Shown one piece after another: positions 30,840-40,078 of a stretch of DNA of 64,000 nucleotides. The stretch's first letter is position 1, and each line of letters begins with the position of its first letter. The stretch is from NCBI RefSeq assembly GCF_030696805.1, contig NZ_JAUYRO010000025.1, forward strand, positions 1,844-65,843, given 5' to 3'. The translations under genes and the position numbers were made by a program. The notes beneath the pieces were generated by a model. The model was given only the letters and a program-made list of their open reading frames with translations, was not told the origin of the DNA and did not search any database. The DNA is from Methyloversatilis sp. (lineage in GTDB: Bacteria > Pseudomonadota > Gammaproteobacteria > Burkholderiales > Rhodocyclaceae).

Positions 30840-33800
30840 TCAGCCGTCCTGGGGGGCTTTGGCGAAGCGGCCGTAGTGCAGCAACAGCGTCGGCAGTACC
30901 AGCAGATTCAGTATCGTCGAGGTCGTCAGGCCGCCGACGATGATGGCGGCCATCGGTCCTTCGATCTCCCGACCGGGTTCGCCCGAGCCGAGTACCAGCG
31001 GCATCAGGCCGAGGCCGGTCACCAGCGCCGTCATCAGGATGGACGGCAGACGCTGCGAGGCGCCCAGGATGGCGGTGTCGAGGTTCCACGGATGCCCCTC
31101 GCGCTCCACCAGGTGCTGGAAGTGCGACACCAGCATGATCGAGTTGCGCAGCGTGATGCCGAACAGCGTGACGAAGCCGACCACCGAACCGAGTGACAGC
31201 CAGCCGCCGCCGGCCAGCGCAGCCAGCACGCCGCCGATCAGCGCAAACGGCAGGTTCACGAAGGTGATCACCAGGTTGCGCGAGCTCGAAAATGCCAGCA
31301 TCAACAGGATGGCAATGGCCGCCGCGGCCAGCGCCGAATGCGTGACCAGCTCACGTCGCGCCTGTGCCTGTGCTTCGGCAGCACCGGTCACCGTGTAGTA
31401 ACTGCCTGCGTTGAGTTTCACGTCGTCGCGCAAGGTACGCTCGACGGCCTCGCTGAACGCGCCCAGATCGTGGCCGCTGGCCAGATTTGCGGTGATGGTC
31501 TGCACCCGCTTGCCACCCGAGTGCAGGATTTTGTAGCGACCATTCTCGACGCTGATGTCGGCTACGTCGCGCAGTTCGACCAGCCGGCCGTCAGGCGTGC
31601 GCAGCGGCAGCCGCCCGATTTCATTCGGCGAGCGGCGGTGGTCCGGATCCAGCGTCACAACCAGCGGAGTCGCCAGCGTACCGCGATACACCTCGCTCAC
31701 CTTGCGCCCGGCAAAGGCGGTGCTGGTCGCCGACAGCACGTCTTCGGGCGTCAGTCGCCACACTGCGAGCTTGTCCAGGCGCGGCCGGACGATGATTTCC
31801 GGCGTGCCGGGCGGCGCCAGCACCTGCACATCGGTCGCGCCCTTCACCTTCGCCAGCGCTCGCGCAACGGCGCTGGCGTCGGCATCCAGCCGGTCGAGAT
31901 TGGTGCCGAACACCTGCACCACCAGCGTCGCCGGAAAACCCGATTCGGTCTCGCCGATGCGTTCGGTCAGGAAGGTGTTGACGGAGAACGCCAGGCCGGG
32001 GAATCCGACCGATTCAGCGGCTTCTTCGTCCGAGCGATCGTCGTCGCCGTCATCGCCGGTCACCGTGCGCCGGATGTCGGCGAGGATGCGTTCCTGTGTC
32101 GCACCGTCGAGCGGACCGATTTCGATCTCGACCTCGCTGTAGTGCGGGCCGAAGGGGTCGAACCCGTTCTGCGCCCGCCCGACCCACTGCGCCACCGACT
32201 TCACGCCGTCGATCTGCAGGATCTTTTCGGTCACCCGCTGGCCGACGCGCAGCACCTCGCCCGGCGCGGTGCCCGGAATGGTCGACAGATGCACGATGTA
32301 GTGACCTTCGCGCAGTGGAGGAATGAATTCGCCGCCGAACAGCGGCAGTACGCCCAGCCCGCCGGCCAGCGCCAGCATGACGCCGGCGATCAGCCCGTGC
32401 GGCCGGCGTTCGATGGCGCGCAGCGTCCGCTCATAGCGCGGGCGCAGCCAGCGCACCAGCGGCGGATCCTCATCAGGCAGTTCGCGGTTGCCGAGCATCA
32501 GGAAGCTCATCGCGGGTGTGACCGTCAGCGCCACCACCAGCGACGCGAGGATGGCCAGGATGTAGGCCAGACCGAGCGGCGCGAACAGCTTGCCGGCGAC
32601 GCCGGACAGGGTGAGCAGCGGCACGAACACCAGCGCCACGATGAAGGTGGCGTACACCACCGAGCTGCGCACCTCCATCGACGCATCGAGCACCACCTTC
32701 CAGGCGGCCACCGGAGAACCGAGGTGACGGTTTTCGCGCAGCCGTCGATAGATGTTTTCGCAGTCGATGATGGCGTCGTCCACCACCTCGCCGAGGGCGA
32801 TCGCCAGCCCGCCCAGCACCATGATGTTCAGGCTGGCGCCCGCTTCCAGCATGACCAGTACCGCCGCCAGCAGCGACAGCGGAATGGCGACGGCTGAAAT
32901 GAACGCGGTGCGCAGGTTGTACAGGAACACGAACAGCACGATCACCACCAGCGTGGCGCCGATCATCACGTCGGCCCGTACATTACCCAGCGCCGTCTGG
33001 ATGAAATTGGCGGGCCGGAACAGCGCCGGGTGCAGCGTGACCTGTTCGCGCTCGAACAGCGGTGCCAGCTCGGCCAGCGATTTTTCCAGTTCGAGCGTGA
33101 CGCCGAGCGTGTCGGCGCCGAGCTGTCCCTGCACCATCATGAATACGCCGGGCGTGCCGTTGATCTGCGCCGCGCTGATCGCCGGGCCTGGTGCTTCGCG
33201 CACACGGCCGACGTCGCCGAGCGCGAGCGAGCGCCCATCAGGAAGTGTGACGGTCAGCTGTTCCAGACTGCGCGCGGACGAAGGCGTGGCGTCGATCGCG
33301 ATCAGCAGGCGCTGGTTGTCGTTCTCGACGAAACCTGCGCCGGCGACCGAAGCGGCGCCGCGCGCCGCCAGTTCGACGTCGGCAAAGGTCACCCCCAGCG
33401 TACGCAGCCGTGCCGGGTCGAGCTGGATCTGCCACTGCTTCACTTCGCCACCGAACACATTCACGTCCGCCACACCCGGCACCGCCAGCAGATGCGGCCG
33501 CACCACCGAATCGACCAGGTAGCGCATGTCCATCTGCGAGCGCTGTGCCGACGTGATGCCGATGCCGAGCAGGGTGCTGGCCGACGAGGTCAGTGGCGTG
33601 ATGACCGGCGTTACACCGGCTGGCAACAGCGATCCCAGCGTGCCGAGCCGTTCCGACACCAGCTGACGATTGCGGAACAGGTCGGACTTTTCTTCGAAGA
33701 TGACCGTGATGACCGACAGGCCGGGAATCGACTGCGAGCGCAGTTCCTTGATGCCGCGCGTGCCGGATACTGCCGATTCGATCGGCGTCGTGACCCGCGT

Positions 33801-33986
33801 TTCCACCAGGTCGGCCGGCAGGCCTGGGGCTTCGGTCTGGATCACGACCTGCGCCGGTGCGAATTCGGGAAACACGTCGAGGCGGGCGTCGAACATGCGG
33901 CTGATTGCGTAGAGCACGAGCACCAGCGACAGTGCCAGCACGATGCCTGGCCGGCGCACGGAAAAGCGGACGATGGCTTCGATCAT
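30840..33986 (-). CDS. RND efflux permease, CusA/CzcA (HME)-like
   Basis: LDVFPEFAP.QV.IQTEAPG, GEVVDDAIID.EN, GFVTLFGI..RNSI and RL.SILMTAL..GLGL.PL motifs. 1048 aa. Confidence 0.95.
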   Translation of the reverse strand: MIEAIVRFSVRRPGIVLALSLVLVLYAISRMFDARLDVFPEFAPAQVVIQTEAPGLPADLVETRVTTPIESAVSGTRGIKELRSQSIPGLSVITVIFEEKSDLFRNRQLVSERLGTLGSLLPAGVTPVITPLTSSASTLLGIGITSAQRSQMDMRYLVDSVVRPHLLAVPGVADVNVFGGEVKQWQIQLDPARLRTLGVTFADVELAARGAASVAGAGFVENDNQRLLIAIDATPSSARSLEQLTVTLPDGRSLALGDVGRVREAPGPAISAAQINGTPGVFMMVQGQLGADTLGVTLELEKSLAELAPLFEREQVTLHPALFRPANFIQTALGNVRADVMIGATLVVIVLFVFLYNLRTAFISAVAIPLSLLAAVLVMLEAGASLNIMVLGGLAIALGEVVDDAIIDCENIYRRLRENRHLGSPVAAWKVVLDASMEVRSSVVYATFIVALVFVPLLTLSGVAGKLFAPLGLAYILAILASLVVALTVTPAMSFLMLGNRELPDEDPPLVRWLRPRYERTLRAIERRPHGLIAGVMLALAGGLGVLPLFGGEFIPPLREGHYIVHLSTIPGTAPGEVLRVGQRVTEKILQIDGVKSVAQWVGRAQNGFDPFGPHYSEVEIEIGPLDGATQERILADIRRTVTGDDGDDDRSDEEAAESVGFPGLAFSVNTFLTERIGETESGFPATLVVQVFGTNLDRLDADASAVARALAKVKGATDVQVLAPPGTPEIIVRPRLDKLAVWRLTPEDVLSATSTAFAGRKVSEVYRGTLATPLVVTLDPDHRRSPNEIGRLPLRTPDGRLVELRDVADISVENGRYKILHSGGKRVQTITANLASGHDLGAFSEAVERTLRDDVKLNAGSYYTVTGAAEAQAQARRELVTHSALAAAAIAILLMLAFSSSRNLVITFVNLPFALIGGVLAALAGGGWLSLGSVVGFVTLFGITLRNSIMLVSHFQHLVEREGHPWNLDTAILGASQRLPSILMTALVTGLGLMPLVLGSGEPGREIEGPMAAIIVGGLTTSTILNLLVLPTLLLHYGRFAKAPQDG

Positions 33987-34046
33987 CGGGAGCGGCCCAT
34001 GGGACAGGCTGCCTCCGTTAGGGGGGGCAGGGTGGCTTGGGGGCGG

Positions 34047-34176
34047 TTTTGGGCATCGCTGCGCTCACCCCAACCTGCGGGAAGGTGGTGACACGGAGCT
34101 GAGGGAAGCAGGCGTGCTGCGGACGTGCGGTGTCGCGGTGCTGTCGTAGGTTGGGGTGAGCCAGCGAACCCCAACA
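34047..34176. repeat. REP-like inverted doublet, family B, inside the efflux operon
   Basis: Reverse copy at about 34049-34078 and forward copy GTAGGTTGGGGTGAGCCAGCGAACCCCAACA at 34146-34176. Confidence 0.8.
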
Positions 34177-34208
34177 TGCGGCCGCGGCCCGGCAGCGAAA
34201 GCGCCCGA

Positions 34209-35255
34209 TCAGTCATCGTTTTCGTCCGCCAGCGTGTGCTTGAGCTCTTCCGACAACAGCAGCTGCGCGCCGCGCGTCACCACGCGGGCGTCATCCTCCA
34301 GCTTCGGTGCGAGCCAGCCATCAGGCCGCTGCGAGTCGGCGGGCAGCGCCTGGCGGGTGAATTCCTCCGGTTCGTCATCGTCGCGCACATACACCCAGGG
34401 CAGGCCGGCGTACCAGACGACGGCGCTGTTGGGCACCAGCGACAGCATGGTTTCGCCGGTCACGCCGCGTGCCGCGAGGCGGGTACCGGTCGGCAGTACG
34501 CGCTCGGACTTGTACAGCCAGGTCTCTCCGGCCGCCTGGGCGAGGCTGCGCGGTGCAGGGCCGATGCGGCGCGCCTCGATGGCGTCGTTGCCATCCGGCA
34601 GGCGCAGCAGCATCAGCGGCGGCGCCTCACCGGAACCGCGCAGCGCGACGGCGACCAGCGAATTGCGCCGGTCGGCCAGCCGCTCCAGTTCATCGGGCGC
34701 CTCGCCCGTCGCCGATCCGGCCAGCGGGCCCCAGCCGTGAACCAGCCGCGCATGCAGGCCGTCGGCACGGGCGCGCGCAGCGGCCAGCGCGGCACGATCC
34801 TGTTCGACCTGGCTGCGCGCCGTCTGCAGCGTGCGCTCCGATACATTGCGGTCATCGCTGAACAGCGCCTGAACGCGATCACGCTCGGTTTCGGCGCGGG
34901 CAAGCTGAGCCGCAAGCCGTGCGATGTCGGCGCGCGCTTCATGCAGCAGGCCACGCAGCGCGAACAGTGGCTCCAGGTCAAGCACGGCCGCCTGCGCCTC
35001 GTGTTCGGTGCCGGCCCGCACCGCGAGCGGTTGGCCAAGTTCGATGCCGCTCGCCGTCTGGGCGGCGGCAGTCAGGCGCACGCTGGTCAGGCCGTCGGGA
35101 TTCCGCTCGACCAGTGATGGCACTTCGATATCGTCGTCCGGTTGTTCGCCGTACAGCTTCCACTCGTCGCGGGCGTAATAGACCACTGCCCAAACCAGTG
35201 CGATCAGCAGCAGGCCCATCGCAAACAGCAGTTGCTGGGGAGTGATGCGGTTCAT
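34209..35255 (-). CDS. RND periplasmic adaptor (membrane fusion protein)
   Basis: N-terminal TM anchor, coiled-coil hairpin, VP.SAVVW..G..WVY and VVTRGAQLLLSEE motifs. ATGA overlap with tolC. Confidence 0.88.
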   Translation of the reverse strand: MNRITPQQLLFAMGLLLIALVWAVVYYARDEWKLYGEQPDDDIEVPSLVERNPDGLTSVRLTAAAQTASGIELGQPLAVRAGTEHEAQAAVLDLEPLFALRGLLHEARADIARLAAQLARAETERDRVQALFSDDRNVSERTLQTARSQVEQDRAALAAARARADGLHARLVHGWGPLAGSATGEAPDELERLADRRNSLVAVALRGSGEAPPLMLLRLPDGNDAIEARRIGPAPRSLAQAAGETWLYKSERVLPTGTRLAARGVTGETMLSLVPNSAVVWYAGLPWVYVRDDDEPEEFTRQALPADSQRPDGWLAPKLEDDARVVTRGAQLLLSEELKHTLADENDD

Positions 35256-36643
35256 GGTGTGGTCTCCGTGGGGCTCGTCATTGCAGACAGCGGGCGCTGC
35301 ACCGCATCTTCGAGTGCCAGGCGCGATGCGAGGGTTCGCTGGCGGGCATACAGCACCCGGATGTCGGCTTCGATCACGCGCACGCGGGCCAGCAGGCGAT
35401 CCAGCCGATCGGCATCGCCGCGTGCGTAGCGTTGTTCGGTGCGCGTGGCTTGCAGACGGGCTTCGTCGTGCTCGGCTTCGGCGCCGTCGATGTCCAGTTC
35501 GGCCGCCCTGACGCGGGAGCGCGCGTGGTCGAGCGCCACCAGCGCCTGCGACTGCAGCGCGAGGAAATCCTGCGCAGCCATGTCGCGCCGCGCGACCGCT
35601 TCGGCGATCGGTCCGGCCTGACGTTGCGCCGCAAACAGCGGCAATGCAGCACCCAGACTCCAGACGGTGGCGCCCTGGTCCCACAGCAGACCGGGCCTGA
35701 TGCGGATCTCCGGGTACTGCGCGCGCAGTTCAACCGTCAGCGCCGCTTCGGCTGCGTCGTGCAGTGCCAGCGCACGGCGCAGATCGATGCGGTCGAGCGT
35801 GGCGTTCGCCCGCAGCGCCCCCATCGCCGGCACCGCGGCCGGCGTGTCAAAGGCGGTGAAATCGATGCGCAGTGCGTCGAGTGCAGACAGCGGCAAGGCG
35901 AGCGCCTGCGCAAGATCGCCGCGCGCGCGGATCTGCCGCTGTTCGGCCAATACATAGCGCGATTCGGCCTGTGCCGCGGCGGTGCGGGTCTGCGTCAGTT
36001 CGAGCGCATCGGCAGCGCCCAGGTCGTAGCGCTTCTGCATCACCGCCTGGGCTTCCAGCGTGTTGACGACCAGACGATCGAGCAGCGCGAGCTCGGCATT
36101 GGCCGACCACAGTTCGATCAGTGCGCGCTGGGCGCTGCTGCGGACGACCCATGCAGCATCGGCCTCGTCGAGCAGTGCCGCGTCGGCCAGCAGGCGGGCG
36201 CGCTCGATGCGGGCTTCACGTACCGATTCGCCGGTCAGCGCGAGGTCCAGTGCGAGGCCGACACTCCACGCCGACTGCCCGGGGTCGCGTTCGTTGGTGC
36301 GTTCGGTCTCCGGTGCCAGAACGGTGCGCGGCGTGAGGCCAGCGGTCTGCAACTGGGCGCGGGCCAGGGAAGCACGAGCGCGCGCCTGCGCTGCGGCAGG
36401 GTGCTGCAGCAGCGCCGCCAGCACAAGCTGCTCGGGTGCCCAGCGTTCCGGCGGCCAGGTCGATACATTCATGCTGCGCTGCTCAAGAAATGCGCGCGTG
36501 GCTTCATCGGCCAGCGAACGGCCAAGGAAGGCCGTCTGCAGTGCCTGCGGATCGAGCGGTGCGGGCGGCACCTGTTGCACCGCACATGCGCTGAGGACGA
36601 TACAGGGAAGCAGCAAGTAGAACGGAGGGGTGAGGCACCGCAT
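35252..36643 (-). CDS. TolC-family outer membrane efflux lipoprotein
   Basis: Lipobox LSAC, two helical repeats (RYDLG..D.LEL and RY.RG..DRLD.L), first gene of the RND operon. Confidence 0.88.
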   Translation of the reverse strand: MRCLTPPFYLLLPCIVLSACAVQQVPPAPLDPQALQTAFLGRSLADEATRAFLEQRSMNVSTWPPERWAPEQLVLAALLQHPAAAQARARASLARAQLQTAGLTPRTVLAPETERTNERDPGQSAWSVGLALDLALTGESVREARIERARLLADAALLDEADAAWVVRSSAQRALIELWSANAELALLDRLVVNTLEAQAVMQKRYDLGAADALELTQTRTAAAQAESRYVLAEQRQIRARGDLAQALALPLSALDALRIDFTAFDTPAAVPAMGALRANATLDRIDLRRALALHDAAEAALTVELRAQYPEIRIRPGLLWDQGATVWSLGAALPLFAAQRQAGPIAEAVARRDMAAQDFLALQSQALVALDHARSRVRAAELDIDGAEAEHDEARLQATRTEQRYARGDADRLDRLLARVRVIEADIRVLYARQRTLASRLALEDAVQRPLSAMTSPTETTP

Positions 36644-36688
36644 CCTGATTTGTTATTCTGGGCAGCTGATCAACACCGAATGCTAACG

Positions 36689-37651
36689 ATGCACGCTGTT
36701 GTGCGCAAACGAAGCCCCGGCTGGCGACTCTCATGCATCCACATTTTGATGGGTATGGTGCTGACGATCGCAGCGGCTGGCGTACAGGCGCTGGAGGCGC
36801 TTGAGGTCCGGCAGGCGGCGCCCGGTGTCTTCCTGTTCCACGGCGATATCGCCGAGCAGGATGCGCGGAATCTGGGTGCGATATCCAACCTCGGCTTCAT
36901 CGTCGGCAGCCGCTGCGTGGCGGTTATCGATACCGGCGGCTCGCCAGCTGTTGGCGCTGCGCTGCGCGCCAGCATCCGCAGCAAGACCGACCTGCCCGTG
37001 TGCTACGTGATCAACACCCACGTACATCCGGACCACATTCTGGGCAATCAGGCGTTCATTGACGACAAGCCGGTGTTCGTCGGCCATGCCCGGCTGCCTG
37101 CCGCGCTGGCGGCGCGCAGCAGCCATTATCTGGCAGCAGCCGAACGTCTGATGGGGGAAGCCGGCAAAGGGCTCCAGCCGGTGCCGCCCTCGCGCACCGT
37201 GGCGGACGTGGACGAACTCGATCTGGGCGGGCGGACGCTGAAGCTGCGGGCCTGGCCAACTGCGCATACGGACAACGATCTCACCGTACTGGACGAGGCA
37301 ACCGGCACGCTGTTTGCCGGCGATCTGCTGTTCGTCGAACACCTGCCGGTGGTGGACGGCAAGATACTTGGCTGGATCAAGGTGGGTGCCGCCCTGGCGG
37401 CGATGGACGTGCAGCGCGTAGTGCCAGGTCATGGCGACGCCGGCAGTGCGTGGCGCGAAGCTTTTGCGAAGCAGGGGAACTACCTGCAGGGGCTGGTCGA
37501 TCAAACCCGTGCAGCGTTGAAAGCCGGAAAGACACTTTCGCAGGCGGTGGGCGAAGTCGCACCGGGTGAGGCAACAGGCTGGGCGCTGGTCGATCTGTTC
37601 CACCGGCGCAACGTGACGTCCGCGTTTGCCGAACTCGAATGGGAAGAATGA
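36689..37651 (+). CDS. Periplasmic MBL-fold zinc metallohydrolase (quinoprotein relay system, SoxH-like)
   Basis: Signal peptide, SN.GFIVG...VAVIDTGGS, INTHVHPDHILGN, AHTDNDL, FAGDL and VPGHG motifs. Confidence 0.88.
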   Translation: MHAVVRKRSPGWRLSCIHILMGMVLTIAAAGVQALEALEVRQAAPGVFLFHGDIAEQDARNLGAISNLGFIVGSRCVAVIDTGGSPAVGAALRASIRSKTDLPVCYVINTHVHPDHILGNQAFIDDKPVFVGHARLPAALAARSSHYLAAAERLMGEAGKGLQPVPPSRTVADVDELDLGGRTLKLRAWPTAHTDNDLTVLDEATGTLFAGDLLFVEHLPVVDGKILGWIKVGAALAAMDVQRVVPGHGDAGSAWREAFAKQGNYLQGLVDQTRAALKAGKTLSQAVGEVAPGEATGWALVDLFHRRNVTSAFAELEWEE

Positions 37652-37718
37652 TGGATGGCGCATGTCAGCATTACTGTCAGCAAGCGGTCTGCTGCAGAAT
37701 GACCACGAGGAGAAGACG

Positions 37719-38543
37719 ATGAAATTCAACAACGGATTGCCGGCGGCACTGGCGGCCTGCATGATCCTGCTGCTGCCGGGGGCGCAGGCGGCTGACGACG
37801 GCTCGGATACGCCGATCTGGGGCAAGGTGCGCACGCTGCTGGTCGGCGACCGCCCGGTGATCGAGGATGCGACCGGTTCCGTACTGGAGATCGAAGCGCC
37901 GGTGCGTGCCGAAGACGCGGCCGTGGTTCCGGTCTCCGTGCGCACTAAACAGCTGCCGGGTGGTGTCTACGTCAGCAAGGTGCATCTGGTGATCGACGAG
38001 AACCCGTCACCGATAGGTGGCACCTTCACCTTCACGCCGCTTGCCGGCCGGGCCGACATCGAAACCCGGGTGCGCATCGAGGCCTACAGCTGGGTACGCG
38101 CCATCGCTGAAACGAGCGACGGAAAGGTTTATGTCGCGCGTCGCTTCGTGAAGGCCTCGGGCGGCTGTTCGGCGCCTGCCGGCAAGGACATGGAGGAGGC
38201 GCTGGCGCGGCTGGGCAAGATGAAATTCAAGGTCGAAGAGGCCGCAGCAGGCCAGCCCAGCGTTGCGCAATTGATGATAAGCCACCCAAACAGCTCCGGG
38301 CTGGCAATGGACCAGATGACCCGGCTGTTCGTACCGCCGCATTTCGTGCGCCGCGTCGAGGTCACCTTCGGCGGAGAACCGGTCATGACCGCGGAGGTCG
38401 ATTTTTCGATCAGCGAAAATCCGAACTTCAGGTTCTACGTGCTGCCGGCGAAGGAGGGCGTACTGAAGGCGGTGGTGGTCGATTCCAAGGACCTGCGCTT
38501 CGAAACTTCAGTGGCGATCAAGCCGGGGTTGCGAGGGTCTTGA
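37719..38543 (+). CDS. Quinoprotein dehydrogenase-associated fused SoxY-SoxZ-like carrier
   Basis: Signal peptide. SoxY-like APVRAED.AVVP...IDENP.P and VKASGGCSAP. SoxZ-like ISHPN.SGL.MDQ and SISENP.FRF. RBS GAGGAG. Confidence 0.88.
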   Translation: MKFNNGLPAALAACMILLLPGAQAADDGSDTPIWGKVRTLLVGDRPVIEDATGSVLEIEAPVRAEDAAVVPVSVRTKQLPGGVYVSKVHLVIDENPSPIGGTFTFTPLAGRADIETRVRIEAYSWVRAIAETSDGKVYVARRFVKASGGCSAPAGKDMEEALARLGKMKFKVEEAAAGQPSVAQLMISHPNSSGLAMDQMTRLFVPPHFVRRVEVTFGGEPVMTAEVDFSISENPNFRFYVLPAKEGVLKAVVVDSKDLRFETSVAIKPGLRGS

Positions 38544-38544
38544 G

Positions 38545-38570
38545 CAGTGCGGCGCAAGCCGCACTGTTGT
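38545..38570. terminator. Hairpin terminator between convergent genes
   Basis: CAGTGCGGC-GCAA-GCCGCACTG: 9-bp stem, GNRA loop, short T run. Confidence 0.6.
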
Positions 38571-38585
38571 GTCGCGTGCTTTCAA

Positions 38586-38939
38586 TTACTTGATGAAGCA
38601 GCGCTTCTTTGATTCTGCAACGACGTCCAGGTACTTCTTGACCGCGCCTTTTGTTTCATCGGTGCCGCGGAACACGCCGCCGCGTTCGCCACTCATCGAC
38701 TGGGTGCGGCTGAAGCTCGACAGCTCGACGTACTCGTCATGCGTCAGCTTGGTCGCGATTTCGTCGATCAGGCATGAACACTTGTAGATGTACTCGTGGT
38801 TGGTGCCGTAAGCCTGAAGGCATTCGAGCGCAAATTCGACACGCGAACTGGTCGGGTATTCGTTGGCCGCCGTAGCGGGGCCACCCATCAGCAGCGCGCC
38901 GAGCGCAGCGATCGTCACGTGGAAGCGATGAAATTTCAA
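38586..38939 (-). CDS. Small exported four-Cys conserved hypothetical protein
   Basis: Signal peptide then EYPT..RVEF..EC, KCSC.ID.I and RC. TTG start 7 nt after GAGGAG (ATG alternative at 38954). Confidence 0.75.
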   Translation of the reverse strand: MKFHRFHVTIAALGALLMGGPATAANEYPTSSRVEFALECLQAYGTNHEYIYKCSCLIDEIATKLTHDEYVELSSFSRTQSMSGERGGVFRGTDETKGAVKKYLDVVAESKKRCFIK

Positions 38940-39041
38940 ACCGGATCTCCTCATTTGTTATTGATGAACCGCAGGGACTCGCTGGCTGGCATCGACAAAA
39001 AGGCTAGCACATCAACGCAGACCGCCGTTTTGCCGCCCGAG

Positions 39042-40004
39042 TTGCACAGGATTGTTTCCCGATGGCTTTGCGCCGTCATCGTGATTTTCGCGGGAAGTCT
39101 GTTCAGCGCAGCGCCCGCGCTCGCGCAGCAACTGCCTGAGCTGCGCCTGACGCCGCTGGCCGAAGGCGTCTACGTGCTGCGTCCGACCTCGTCCGAAGTG
39201 AGTCCGGAAAACGCCGGTTTCGTGACCCACATCGGCGTGCTGGTCGATGTACGCGGTCTTGTCGTTGTGGGCACCGGCACCAGCCAGCGCTTTGCGCAGC
39301 ACCTGCTCGCCTTCGTCGAACGCGAACTGGGCAAACCTGTGATCGCGGCGGTCAATCTTTATGGTGGTGGCGACCATGTGCTGGGCAACCGCGCGTTTGT
39401 GTCACGGGGTGTGCCGGTTACAGCGCATATTGAAACAGACCGCTTCATCCGGGCCAGTTGCCATACGTGTGTCGAGCGCCTGACGGCGGCACTGGGCGAA
39501 AATATGATGTCAGGTACCGAACCCACCCCCGCAAGCGTGACCTTCGAACATTCAGGCCGGCTGACCGGCGTCTCCCGCAGGCTGACATTGCTGCACTACG
39601 GACACACCTTCCAGCCCGGCGCAACCGCGCTGCTGGACGAGGCAAGCGGAACGCTGTTCGCGGGCGAGCTGGCGGCGACGCACTATCTGCCCGATCTGTA
39701 CAACGCGAGTGAAACCGGCTGGGTCGCCGCCCTTGATGCGCTGATCGCACTGGGCGCGCGACAGGTGGTGCCCGCGCATGGCGCGCCGGGCGGACGTGAA
39801 GTTCTCGAAGCGCCGCGCCGTTATTTGCAGCAACTGGTCGAGCGCGTGGATGCGCTGTTCGCAGGCGGCGCAACGCTCGAAGAAGCGCTGGATCAGGTCG
39901 AACTGGCGGAATTCCGCGATTGGTATGGCTACGCCCTGTGGCACCGCCGCAACGTGCATTTCGCCTATCTGCACCGGGAGGCCCGTGCCTTCGGCCCGCA
40001 GTGA
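39042..40004 (+). CDS. Periplasmic MBL-fold protein with degenerate metal motif and a CxxC
   Basis: Signal peptide, N.GFV..IG.L....GLVVVGTG, NLYGGGDHVLGN, LFAGEL, VPAHG and HRRNV..AY motifs. Start uncertain (38964 ATG or 39042 TTG). Confidence 0.8.
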   Translation: MHRIVSRWLCAVIVIFAGSLFSAAPALAQQLPELRLTPLAEGVYVLRPTSSEVSPENAGFVTHIGVLVDVRGLVVVGTGTSQRFAQHLLAFVERELGKPVIAAVNLYGGGDHVLGNRAFVSRGVPVTAHIETDRFIRASCHTCVERLTAALGENMMSGTEPTPASVTFEHSGRLTGVSRRLTLLHYGHTFQPGATALLDEASGTLFAGELAATHYLPDLYNASETGWVAALDALIALGARQVVPAHGAPGGREVLEAPRRYLQQLVERVDALFAGGATLEEALDQVELAEFRDWYGYALWHRRNVHFAYLHREARAFGPQ

Positions 40005-40078
40005 AGTCAGGCGTGGATCAGGACACGGCCCGCAGCCGTGCCCCACACAACAAGATTGATCGATGAGGATGAGCCTAC

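Noticed and set aside
36689-40004. Canonical Sox thiosulfate-oxidation cluster
   Set aside because: No soxA/X/B/C/D. The carrier is a fused SoxYZ with internal GGCSAP rather than a C-terminal GGCGG.
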